A DNA stretch of 34,835 nt, from contig JAAYTC010000108.1 of the NCBI GenBank assembly GCA_012518155.1, positions 1-34,835 of the forward strand, given 5' to 3'. The stretch comes from Bacteroidales bacterium. GTDB taxonomy: Bacteria > Bacteroidota > Bacteroidia > Bacteroidales > Dysgonomonadaceae. Position 1 is the stretch's first letter, and the number at the start of each line of letters is the position of its first letter. The notes beneath the pieces were generated by a model. That model made no database searches, was not told where the DNA came from, and saw only the letters and a list, made by a program, of their open reading frames with translations. Below are positions 24,877 to 34,835 of this stretch, piece by piece. The translations under genes and the position numbers were made by a program.

Positions 24877-25753
24877 CGAAGGAGCCTCCCATGATATCGA
24901 GCAGCTCGTTAGTAATTGATTGCTGGCGGAGTTTATTGTACTCTAAGTGGAGTTCATCCACGAGGTCGTCGGCATTATCCGTGGCAATTTGCATGGCGGT
25001 CATTCGTGCCGCATGTTCCGATGTAACGGAATCGACATGTGCCGCGAAGAGCCTGATCTTTACTATCTTTGGAATAAGCTGCTCCAACAATGTGTTCCTA
25101 TCAGGCTCCAAGATATACTCCACGTCAGCATGGGCCCCCTTCGACGCCTCCTGTTCCAAGTCGGTACTGCTTATGGGCAACAATCGCTCTCGGATTAGTT
25201 CTTGGGTACGCGTACTTTTAAAACGGTGATAAATCAGTTCCACCCGGTCTATTTCTCCCGCTTTGAACATCTCCATCAACATTTTTCCGAGTTGCCTTGT
25301 ATCGTTGTATGCCGGTTTATCGGCGATGATCGTATACCCTTCTCTCGGCTTAAATTTCATCTTTCGTACGGCTTTGGTTATTTTCTCGCCTACGGGGTAG
25401 AGAAAAATATTTTCTTTGCCGAGCGATTGGTAATCGCCGATCGCTTCCCGAAGCTTTACAGCCACCGCCTCGTTAAACCGTCCCGCCAGTCCGGTGTTGG
25501 ATGAAAAGGCGACAAGTGCTACCCGTTTCACGGGCCGTATTTCCATGAAAGGAGAGGGGAGTTGCTCCTCGTCTTCGCCATTCAAAAGCGGGTGTAAAAT
25601 TCGCTGCAATGTACGCTCGTATGGCCGTAGATGCTGGATAAACCGCTCTGCCCTTTTTTGTTTGGCGGAGGAGACCATCATCATGGCCGATGTAATCTTG
25701 CGGGTAGATTGCACCGATTGAAGCCTGCTTTTTATCTCTTTAAGTCGTGCCAT
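24869..25753 (-). CDS. atpG: F1 ATP synthase gamma subunit
   Basis: STRKITSAMMMVSSAK; SEHAARMTAM...NKLRQQSITNELLDI. Confidence 0.97.
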   Translation of the reverse strand: MARLKEIKSRLQSVQSTRKITSAMMMVSSAKQKRAERFIQHLRPYERTLQRILHPLLNGEDEEQLPSPFMEIRPVKRVALVAFSSNTGLAGRFNEAVAVKLREAIGDYQSLGKENIFLYPVGEKITKAVRKMKFKPREGYTIIADKPAYNDTRQLGKMLMEMFKAGEIDRVELIYHRFKSTRTQELIRERLLPISSTDLEQEASKGAHADVEYILEPDRNTLLEQLIPKIVKIRLFAAHVDSVTSEHAARMTAMQIATDNADDLVDELHLEYNKLRQQSITNELLDIMGGSFGR

Positions 25754-25762
25754 GTAGCTCTC

Positions 25763-27352
25763 CTATTTTTTCAGCGTAGCCACCGTGTTCGCGGCCACCT
25801 TTTCGATGGTACCCGTGATATGGTCGTTCATCTCTCCCTTTTTCAGCGGATCGAGCACATCGTGCCGATGCGATGCTTCCAAGGCATCGATGAATTCCTT
25901 TTCGAACCGTGGGACTTTCTCCAGGGGGATATCCCGTAGTAGCCCGTGTGTTCCGCAATAGAGCACCGCGATCTGTTGTTCGACGCTCATGGGAGTGTGT
26001 ACCGGCTGCACGAGCAACTGTTCGTTTTTTTGTCCCTTGTCGATTGTCATTGCCGTTACCGCGTCCATATCGCCCCCGAACTTGGTGAATGCCTCCAACT
26101 CTTGGTATTGTGCTTGGTCGATTTTTAATGTACCGGCCACTTTTTTCATCGCTTTAATCTGCGCGTTTCCTCCCACGCGCGATACCGATATACCGACGTT
26201 AATAGCCGGCCGGATACCCCGGTTAAAGAGGTCCGATTCGAGGAATATTTGCCCATCGGTGATGGAGATCACGTTAGTAGGGATGTACGCGGATACGTCG
26301 CCCGCCTGGGTCTCGATAATCGGTAACGCGGTGAGCGATCCGCCTCCCTTCACTTTCCCTTTCAGGCTCACCGGCAGGTCGTTCATGTTAATGGCCATCT
26401 CTTCTTGGTCGATGATGTTGGCTGCCCGTTCTAACAGGCGTGAATGGAGGTAAAAAATATCCCCCGGGTAGGCCTCTCTACCTGACGGGCGTCGCAGCAC
26501 GAGCGATACCTCCCGGTATGCAACCGCCTGCTTCGACAGGTCGTCGTACACCACCAGCGCGTGGCGGCCCGTATCCCGGAAATACTCACCCACGGCAGCA
26601 CCCGAAAAGGGCGCGATATACCGCATGGCCGCAGAGTCGGAACCACTCGCCGAGATCACCACGGTATAATCCATGGCACCGTGGTCGGTGAGCGTTTTCA
26701 CGATCGAAGCTACCGAGGAGCCCTTCTGTCCCACTGCCACGTAGATACAGTAGACCGGTTTTCCTGCTTCGTAGTTTTCCCGTTGGTTCAAGATGGTATC
26801 GATGGCGATGCTGGTTTTACCGGTCTGCCGGTCCCCGATAATCAGTTCCCGCTGTCCCCGGCCAATCGGGATCATGGCATCCACTGCCTTCAGTCCCGTT
26901 TGCAACGGTGTATCCACGGGTTGGCGAAATACCACTCCCGGTGCTTTCCGTTCCAAGGGCATTTCCAACCTTTCGCCTTGCAGGGGACCCCGTCCGTCCA
27001 TTGGCTCACCGATGGGTGAGATTACACGTCCAAGCATTCCTTCGCCCACGTAGATGGAAGCCACCCTTCCGGTACGTTTTACGGTAAATCCTTCTTTGAT
27101 TTCGCTGGAAGCTCCCAATAGAATGGCACCCACGTTGTCCTCTTCGAGGTTCATCACGATAGCTTGCATCCCATTATCAAACTCCAGCAACTCGTTCGCT
27201 TCGGCATTCCGCAATCCAAAGATACGAATAACGCCATCGCTGACGCTCACTACCACGCCCGTTTCATTAAACTGGACGCGGGTGTCGATTCCCTTGAGCT
27301 GCATACGCAGCATCTCGGAAACTTCACTTATTTTAATTGCATTATCTGCCAT
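25763..27352 (-). CDS. atpA: F1 ATP synthase alpha subunit
   Basis: GRGQRELIIGDRQTGKT, REAYPGDIFYLHSRLLER, PAINVGISVSRVG. Confidence 0.99.
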   Translation of the reverse strand: MADNAIKISEVSEMLRMQLKGIDTRVQFNETGVVVSVSDGVIRIFGLRNAEANELLEFDNGMQAIVMNLEEDNVGAILLGASSEIKEGFTVKRTGRVASIYVGEGMLGRVISPIGEPMDGRGPLQGERLEMPLERKAPGVVFRQPVDTPLQTGLKAVDAMIPIGRGQRELIIGDRQTGKTSIAIDTILNQRENYEAGKPVYCIYVAVGQKGSSVASIVKTLTDHGAMDYTVVISASGSDSAAMRYIAPFSGAAVGEYFRDTGRHALVVYDDLSKQAVAYREVSLVLRRPSGREAYPGDIFYLHSRLLERAANIIDQEEMAINMNDLPVSLKGKVKGGGSLTALPIIETQAGDVSAYIPTNVISITDGQIFLESDLFNRGIRPAINVGISVSRVGGNAQIKAMKKVAGTLKIDQAQYQELEAFTKFGGDMDAVTAMTIDKGQKNEQLLVQPVHTPMSVEQQIAVLYCGTHGLLRDIPLEKVPRFEKEFIDALEASHRHDVLDPLKKGEMNDHITGTIEKVAANTVATLKK

Positions 27353-27377
27353 TTACTTCTTAATTTTTCATTGTTCA

Positions 27378-27914
27378 TTATTTAACCAGCGAGTGCTTGA
27401 TACGTTGGAGTTCCCCGGTTACGCTCGCGTCCCATCGGAAGTCATCCAACTTCAGGATAAACCCCCCGATAATTCCCGGGTTTACTTCCGTCTCGATCTC
27501 AAGTTCTTCCCCGGTAACCTGTTGAATCCGCTCTACCAGTTTGTTTTTAGTAGTATCATCGGCAGGCACCGCTGTAATTAGCTTTCCGGCCTGGAGCTGA
27601 AACCTAATTCGATAGAGATCGATAAACCGCTGGGTAATCGATTGAAGATGCTCCTCTCTTTCGTTCTTCAAGATCAACCCGTTCATCTCGTCGAGTGCCG
27701 ACGGAAGTTCTCCCCCGCACGCGGTTCGGATGATGTTCGCTTTGTCCTTTTTGGGAATAGAGAGATCCTGCAAAGCAAGGCGCAATTCGGGTACTTTTAG
27801 GAATACTTCAGCGAGCAACTTCATTTTCGCGTACACCTCCTCATGCTGCCCCTTTTCGATGGCGTAATCCAACAGGGCAGTGGCGTATCGCGTAGATATG
27901 TGTCCCGTGTTCAT
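27378..27914 (-). CDS. atpH: F1 ATP synthase delta subunit
   Basis: RYATAL N-terminus and IIGGFIL...DASV C-terminus; operon position. Confidence 0.95.
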   Translation of the reverse strand: MNTGHISTRYATALLDYAIEKGQHEEVYAKMKLLAEVFLKVPELRLALQDLSIPKKDKANIIRTACGGELPSALDEMNGLILKNEREEHLQSITQRFIDLYRIRFQLQAGKLITAVPADDTTKNKLVERIQQVTGEELEIETEVNPGIIGGFILKLDDFRWDASVTGELQRIKHSLVK

Positions 27915-27919
27915 CTATT

Positions 27920-28420
27920 TTAGGATCTAGAGATATCTGTTTCGTCGAGCAGTCGTTCGATAAGGCTCATTTGCTCTTCGCCGGTGCTCAACTTCTCGCG
28001 TAATATTTTCTCCGTCAGGTTAACGGATAAAACCGCGATCTCGTTTCGTATTTCTCGGAGGGCTTCCTCCTTTTCCGCCCGTACCTGTTCCCGGGCGTTG
28101 ACGATGATTTTTTCCGACTCTTTGGTGGCGTCATCCCGGGCTTGCACCATGAGTTTTTCCCGCAGCGCGGCGGTCTCTCTCAGCATGGCGGCTTGTTCTT
28201 CTCGAGTAGCAGCCATCATCTCTTCCCCGGCTTTTTTCACGTTAGCCAGCTCTTCACGGGCATCTCGGGCCGCTTGGAGCGACTCGTCGATATAATTTTT
28301 CCGTTTATCAACCGATTTCAGGATGGTAGGAAAACCGTACTTGACCAGTACAAAGAGTACCGCGCCAAACGATAACGTCATCCAGAAAAGCAGTCCCGGT
28401 TCAGGTGTGAGTAGCGACAT
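27920..28420 (-). CDS. atpF: Fo subunit b
   Basis: PEPGLLFW single TM followed by a charged coiled coil. Confidence 0.96.
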   Translation of the reverse strand: MSLLTPEPGLLFWMTLSFGAVLFVLVKYGFPTILKSVDKRKNYIDESLQAARDAREELANVKKAGEEMMAATREEQAAMLRETAALREKLMVQARDDATKESEKIIVNAREQVRAEKEEALREIRNEIAVLSVNLTEKILREKLSTGEEQMSLIERLLDETDISRS

Positions 28421-28431
28421 GTTTTTTTCTA

Positions 28432-28683
28432 TTAAAGAATAAACCCGCAGACTACGATCGCGAAGAGGGCTACCCCCTCGATCAGGGCTGCCGAAATAAT
28501 CATCGTGGTACGAATGTCAGAACCTGCTTCGGGCTGGCGTGCGATACCTTCCACGGCCGATTGTCCAATTTTACCGATACCCAACGCGGCAGCTAACACC
28601 ACGATGCCAATGCTCAAGGATGTTCCGATCGGCCCGAGGCTGATCGCCGGAGCCGCTTGTAATAGAATTGTAAGTAATGTCAT
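28432..28683 (-). CDS. atpE: Fo subunit c (H+-type ion site predicted)
   Basis: IARQPE loop; ALIEGVALF carrier Glu without the Na+-type ES/T..Y signature. Confidence 0.97.
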   Translation of the reverse strand: MTLLTILLQAAPAISLGPIGTSLSIGIVVLAAALGIGKIGQSAVEGIARQPEAGSDIRTTMIISAALIEGVALFAIVVCGFIL

Positions 28684-28792
28684 GTTTTTTGTTTTAATAT
28701 AAGTTTTTTATTCAGATTTTGCACGAATTTATAATTAACGCCCGAAGATACCACTTTTCTTGCAATTGTATGCTTTCGTTTTCTTCCGTTTT

Positions 28793-28951
28793 TTAATGCC
28801 GTGAAGATGATTTTTTATTATCTACTCTTTGTCGTTCGAGCGCGGCTTCTCTTTCATTGGCCGCCACCGACAGCAAAATCGAGATAATTAATATACCCAC
28901 GATCACCGTTAGCGATACCCCTGAATGGCTCGCGATGAATTTAGACATCAT
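28793..28951 (-). pseudogene. 52-aa single-TM ORF resembling the last helix of a TerC/Alx membrane protein (remnant or small membrane protein)
   Basis: MMSKFIASHSGVSLTVIVGILIISILLSVAANEREAALERQRVDNKKSSSRH*; below the ORF-track cutoff. S-L-x-x-I-x-x-I-L-x-x-S-I-x-x-S resembles TerC C-termini as recalled. Confidence 0.5.
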
Positions 28952-29062
28952 CACGGGGGCTGCCGACACTCGATTTTTTAGTAAGAACGACTTTTCTTGA
29001 TGGTTAATTCACGGGTGGCTCTGTTCCTGGTAAACGATGGTAGAGCCGGTTTTTTAATTGGA

Positions 29063-29500
29063 TTAATAAAAATTATGGAAAGGGTAGATGATCTTGTTGA
29101 GCGGTAACCCAATTTGAATAAATCTGTAAAAATCCGAATAAAAAACGATGAAATTATTTATCTTTTCTTGAATGCTAAATAAGTTTATGGCGTGATTCGT
29201 GTATGAATAAGAGAACGCCACGAGCAGGTGCGATATTTCGCTGGGACAGTTGGAAGGGGAGAACAGGTGATCCACGATTACATCTCGTATGAATCGAGTT
29301 CTCTCAACTCCTACACTCATTTCCGACGATGATGCGGTGAGGTTCGAGGCAACGTTGCCTGAACTGTCCGCGTGTTGAAGGAGTTGCGCGGAGGGTAAAA
29401 GTGTTAATGTACCGGAGGACGGATCCAACAGCAAAAACTGTCCGAGCATCGATTGAATAATAATCGAAAAACAGAAGAGATATATAAGAATCCGTTTCAA
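29063..29500 (-). CDS. Hypothetical exported/membrane-anchored protein ending IIYPFHNFY (candidate regulatory uORF)
   Basis: TTG start, MKR + hydrophobic signal-like N-terminus, own TAACTTTG promoter; 145 aa. Confidence 0.72.
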   Translation of the reverse strand: MKRILIYLFCFSIIIQSMLGQFLLLDPSSGTLTLLPSAQLLQHADSSGNVASNLTASSSEMSVGVERTRFIRDVIVDHLFSPSNCPSEISHLLVAFSYSYTNHAINLFSIQEKINNFIVFYSDFYRFIQIGLPLNKIIYPFHNFY

Positions 29501-29568
29501 CCTGACATTAAATTATCCCGGCTGAGCCAACTCAACCCTGCCCCAGCAATAGAAATTGCCACTCCCTA

Positions 29569-29576
29569 CAAAGTTA
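29569..29576 (-). promoter_or_regulatory. Internal -7 box inside the atp operon, ahead of the inserted module
   Basis: TAACTTTG, 68 nt upstream of TTG 29500. Confidence 0.6.
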
Positions 29577-29688
29577 GCAAAACAATTCGTGAATAAGGGT
29601 TACTCCTCTTCCTGTTTGTATACTTTAACAAGTGTTGTTAGCCAAATAACAAATATTGATCCGCGCTTTTTCATGCAGAGGTGCTTCT

Positions 29689-30873
29689 TTAAGCACGTAC
29701 TCGTGCTTGTCCGATAAAAACGGCCGAGAGAAGTGTGAACACGTATGCTTGAATGAACGCGATAAGCAATTCGAGGAAGTTAATAAAGATACTGAACAGT
29801 ACCGACACTACCGTCATGGATGCATTGATAGCCGTACCCATCGACATCGTGATAAATATAAGCATGGTGAGCCCTATCACGATAGAGTGTCCCGCCATAA
29901 TATTCGCGAAGAGACGAATCATCAACGAGAATGGCTTGGTGATGGTACCGATAATTTCGATGGCTTGCATAAAGGGTATGGGAGCTTTTAGCCACGTGGG
30001 GACGTCGGGCCAAAAGAGTTCTTTATAGTACCCTTTGGTGCCGGTAAGGTTGATGACCAAGAAGGTGGCCAGTGCTAACACTAGCGTGACCGCGATATTT
30101 CCGGTCACATTGGCTCCTCCGGGGAAGAAGGGGACCAGCCCCAAGAGGTTATTGAAAAAGATAAAGAAGAAGAGAGTAAGCAGGTAGGGGGCGTACTTTC
30201 GTGCATCTTGACCAATGGATGGTTCGATAACATCGTCGTAGATGGAGGCGATAAGCATTTCCATCATTCCCACGAATCCCTTTTTCCCTTCCAGTGGTTC
30301 CCGTTTGAAAGAGCGTGCAATCCCCATCACGAGGAGGATGAGCAACGCGGATGCTATTAATAGGGCCGCGGCGTTCTTCGTGAGTGATAAGTCCAATGGC
30401 CTTGATTCAGTACCGTTCGTTCCGATTTCTACAATCTTCCCCTTGTAATTCCCATCGGTTGCGACTCGAAACCCCTTGTAATCGGCCACATCGCGCAAGC
30501 GTGAGGAGAGGAATATATGCCATCCGCTATTTTTGCTGTAAAGGATAACGGGCAGCGATAGGGTAAGATCTCGTTTCCCGTCGCTCATGATCTGCCACTC
30601 GTACGAGTCGGCAAGGTGATCGAGGATAAACGTCCGGATATTTAGTCCCCCGTCCCCCCCATTATCTCCATCTGCGGCTCCTTCTGTCACGGCTGCTTCT
30701 GTCACGATTGATTCTGTCGCTGTCATGTTACTCCTTTCCGTGCTTGCTCCAAGGACGCTGTTAGTTTGTGTCCGATTGCCCCGCGCCGAGTTTTCGGCTT
30801 GGGGGGAGACTGGGCTTGAGAGAAGCAAAAGTAAAAGTAGCGCAACTATTTTCTGTTGCATATGCTGTTTCAT
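29689..30873 (-). CDS. atpB: Fo subunit a with signal-peptide-like N-terminal extension
   Basis: NNLLGLVP, GANVTGN, SLMIRLFANIMAGH (essential Arg), IQAYVFTLLS. Confidence 0.97.
   Translation of the reverse strand: MKQHMQQKIVALLLLLLLSSPVSPQAENSARGNRTQTNSVLGASTERSNMTATESIVTEAAVTEGAADGDNGGDGGLNIRTFILDHLADSYEWQIMSDGKRDLTLSLPVILYSKNSGWHIFLSSRLRDVADYKGFRVATDGNYKGKIVEIGTNGTESRPLDLSLTKNAAALLIASALLILLVMGIARSFKREPLEGKKGFVGMMEMLIASIYDDVIEPSIGQDARKYAPYLLTLFFFIFFNNLLGLVPFFPGGANVTGNIAVTLVLALATFLVINLTGTKGYYKELFWPDVPTWLKAPIPFMQAIEIIGTITKPFSLMIRLFANIMAGHSIVIGLTMLIFITMSMGTAINASMTVVSVLFSIFINFLELLIAFIQAYVFTLLSAVFIGQARVRA
30673..30717 (-). repeat. In-frame 3 x 15-bp repeat (TESIV/TEAAV/TEGAA) in the atpB extension
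   Basis: Plus strand: tgcggctccttctgt cacggctgcttctgt cacgattgattctgt. Confidence 0.75.
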
Positions 30874-31298
30874 TGTGAAATACGTTCAGTGGGTGGTTTT
30901 TCCTGATCTTTCTTGTACTTGATATATTTTTCCATTCTCAAGTATATGTAAGTCTCCCAAATGAGGCTGATCAGGTAGAAAATAATAAAAAGGATCGCGA
31001 AGTTACGAATATTGGCCTTGTCAAGCAGCCAATAGATAAGAATGATCGCGAAAGAGGTAAATATCTTGAACGTTCGAATAAGCATGTATACGTTCACCAC
31101 TTTACCCGCTTCACGCGGCGTTCGGCGGAACTGCAAGATAAATATGATCCCCAAAATGTAGAAGAAGACAGGGATGATGACGTAAGAGTCGATCAGTATT
31201 TCCGGGAAGAAATGGCTCAAGATGAGCCACATGCCAAATCCTGTGATTAGGAGCATGGCCGTGTGAAGGATAATAAAGTATACCACGAGCTTCTTCAT
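30870..31298 (-). CDS. Four-TM membrane protein of Bacteroidales atp operons (AtpI-like position)
   Basis: Four hydrophobic segments; ATGA overlap with atpB; sits between atpC and atpB. Confidence 0.8.
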   Translation of the reverse strand: MKKLVVYFIILHTAMLLITGFGMWLILSHFFPEILIDSYVIIPVFFYILGIIFILQFRRTPREAGKVVNVYMLIRTFKIFTSFAIILIYWLLDKANIRNFAILFIIFYLISLIWETYIYLRMEKYIKYKKDQEKPPTERISQ

Positions 31299-31362
31299 CT
31301 TGTTATCTTTCTTCTTCCTTTAACCTTCGGGCGGTTTGAGCCGTTCATTACCCCGATTTGAA

Positions 31363-31370
31363 CAAAGATA
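31363..31370 (-). promoter_or_regulatory. Internal -7 box between atpC and the atpI-like gene
   Basis: TATCTTTG in the 167-bp gap. Confidence 0.6.
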
Positions 31371-31465
31371 CAAAAAAATAGCGAAATATCGCGGTATAAA
31401 TATTCTCAAGTCGGTCAGTTCATCCTCAAGCTCCGGTAGTTTTTCCTGTAAACAGGTATTTTGGG

Positions 31466-33389
<1,924 letters not shown>

Positions 33390-33401
33390 GTGTTTCGGGA
33401 G

Positions 33402-33409
33402 CAAAAGTA
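33402..33409 (-). promoter_or_regulatory. -7 box for tRNA-Thr
   Basis: TACTTTTG, 12 nt upstream of the tRNA. Confidence 0.6.
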
Positions 33410-33524
33410 TAAAAAAAAGCAACATGGATCAATTCTTTGTCGTTATTTTTGTTCCGGTGTTGCGGTGGTTAGTGAGCACTTAGCCAGGGATGGACGTAGC
33501 ATGCAGAAATAGGCGTTACATGAT

Positions 33525-33557
33525 AAAAAACGGGCAGCATTTATGGCTGCCCGTTTT
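33525..33557 (-). terminator. Intrinsic terminator after secDF
   Basis: aaaacgggcagc-atttatg-gctgcccgtttt; gives a U6 tail on the minus strand. Confidence 0.85.
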
Positions 33558-33637
33558 GCTTTCGGTAAATTTACCTACTTCTTTTGGTGTTGTTTTGTTA
33601 TGGTTTCGATCGTTATAAATTGGTCGATTTCACTCAC

Positions 33638-34835
33638 CTATTTAGTTTGACGAGCGAGCTGTTCTTTCTTTTGTTTCCGTGTCATGAACGCGTAAGCTAC
33701 TGGTGAAGCGACAAACAAGCTGGTTACGGTGCCCACCGCTACCCCGATCATCAGAGCGAAGACGAAGCTGCGTACCGCGTCACTTCCAAAGAACAGGATA
33801 CAGATGATGACTAGAATGGTACTGAGTCCCGTGTTGATGGTACGCGCGAGCGTGGCGTTCATAGAATCGTTAAAGAGCTGCTTCAACTCCCGTTTAGGAT
33901 AGAGTTGCATGTATTCACGCACACGGTCGAACACCACCACCTTATCGTTAATCGAGTACCCTACCACGGTAAGGATGGCTGCCGCGAAGGTTTGATCCAT
34001 CTCCATTGAGAAGGGCATAATTTTCCAGAGCAGCGAGTAGAGCCCGATCACTGCAAACGCGTCTACCGCAAGCGCGGCTATCGTACCCAGTGAGAATCCC
34101 CAGTTTCGGAAGCGAATCAGGATATAGAGTCCCATGCCGACGAGTGCGATGAAGAGTGCCAGGAACGCGTTTCGGATCATATCTTCCGCTATGCTTGGTC
34201 CTACCTTCTGTGAGCTTTGGATATGGTCGTCTATAGTTTTGCCGGGAGTCATGAACTCGTCGAGACCCAAAGCGAGTTGGTTACGTAGTTGTTCTTCCAC
34301 CCCTTGACCCTCTTCTTCGATCATGTAGTTGGTGGAGATGCGCACTTGGTTTGCCGACCCGATAGTGATAACTTTTGCCGACTCATCGAGGTGTGGTGCC
34401 ACCGCCTCCTCTACGTCACTTACCCGTACGGGCTGATCGAAACGGACAATGTAGTTTCTTCCTCCGGTAAAATCGATTCCAGAATTCAGTCCCAGTGTAA
34501 AGAGAGATATGATACAGATGATCACGAAAATACCGATGCCGGTGAGTACCCCTTTGCTGTTTTGGATGAATGTAAAATTGTAGTCCCTGAACATGGCACG
34601 TGAGAATCCGGTGCTAAAGGTGAGGTTCAGCCATTTGCCTTTTTCCATACGGTTTTCATACAACATGCGCGTGAGGAATACCGCGGTGAGGAACGAAGCG
34701 GTGATACCGATCACGAGTGTGATGGCAAATCCGCGGATTGCCCCTGATCCAAAGATGGCAAGTACCACCCCAGTAATGATACTGGTGATATTGGCGTCGA
34801 GGATAGCCGAGAAGGCGTTCTTGTATCCATCCTCC
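33638..34835 (-). CDS. secDF: Fused protein translocase SecDF (3' part; 5' end is outside the window)
   Basis: The frame stays open to the window edge (AFSAILDANITS, SecD); GIDFTGG, VGPSIA, GYSINDKVVVFDRVRE and RTINT (SecF). Confidence 0.97.
   Translation of the reverse strand, partial: EDGYKNAFSAILDANITSIITGVVLAIFGSGAIRGFAITLVIGITASFLTAVFLTRMLYENRMEKGKWLNLTFSTGFSRAMFRDYNFTFIQNSKGVLTGIGIFVIICIISLFTLGLNSGIDFTGGRNYIVRFDQPVRVSDVEEAVAPHLDESAKVITIGSANQVRISTNYMIEEEGQGVEEQLRNQLALGLDEFMTPGKTIDDHIQSSQKVGPSIAEDMIRNAFLALFIALVGMGLYILIRFRNWGFSLGTIAALAVDAFAVIGLYSLLWKIMPFSMEMDQTFAAAILTVVGYSINDKVVVFDRVREYMQLYPKRELKQLFNDSMNATLARTINTGLSTILVIICILFFGSDAVRSFVFALMIGVAVGTVTSLFVASPVAYAFMTRKQKKEQLARQTK

Noticed and set aside
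29500-29615. yybP-ykoY Mn riboswitch ahead of the TerC-like module (GGAGTA/GGGAGT seen)
   Set aside because: The 3' GAGAC-type partner strand and the conserved L3 loop are not recognisable.
33575-33637. 20-codon in-frame continuation after the secDF TAG (read-through or small ORF)
   Set aside because: Short enough to occur by chance; no recoding signal or motif.

Overview
Chromosomal, mostly housekeeping window from a Bacteroidota bacterium. Evidence: TAnnTTTG -7 promoters, upxY, the Bacteroidales-type atpD-C-hyp-B-E-F-H-A-G order and fused secDF; a Dysgonomonadaceae/Proteiniphilum-like host is an inference. Left to right: start of a polysaccharide locus (rmlA, upxY, plus a missed, start-less HTH ORF); a DUF187/GHL10 hydrolase; fur-purA; a Zn-peptidase with a sigma54-type promoter; a TIGR01777 oxidoreductase; a stress cluster (DJ-1/PfpI, DUF1801, tandem VOC, PQQ aldose dehydrogenase, QorB) sharing an ECF-like promoter motif; tricorn protease; a lone biotin carboxyltransferase; Fe-ADH; a GNAT + ovoA pair whose methyltransferase motif is degenerate; a lipid kinase; an SSS transporter; yihA; the F1Fo operon; tRNA-Thr(CGT); and the 3' part of secDF. 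Best leads: (1) a ~1 kb module inside the atp operon, made of a signal-peptide ORF ending in IIYPFHNFY, a hairpin and a TerC-like one-helix remnant (candidate arrest-peptide-controlled TerC module); (2) the GNAT-OvoA pair, predicted to make N-acetyl-5-thiohistidine; (3) a frameshifted HTH gene ahead of upxY; (4) a putative ECF regulon and a 4x~31-bp array; (5) many short tandem duplications. No transposase, integrase, prophage or CRISPR array was seen. All family calls are by motif recognition, not database search.
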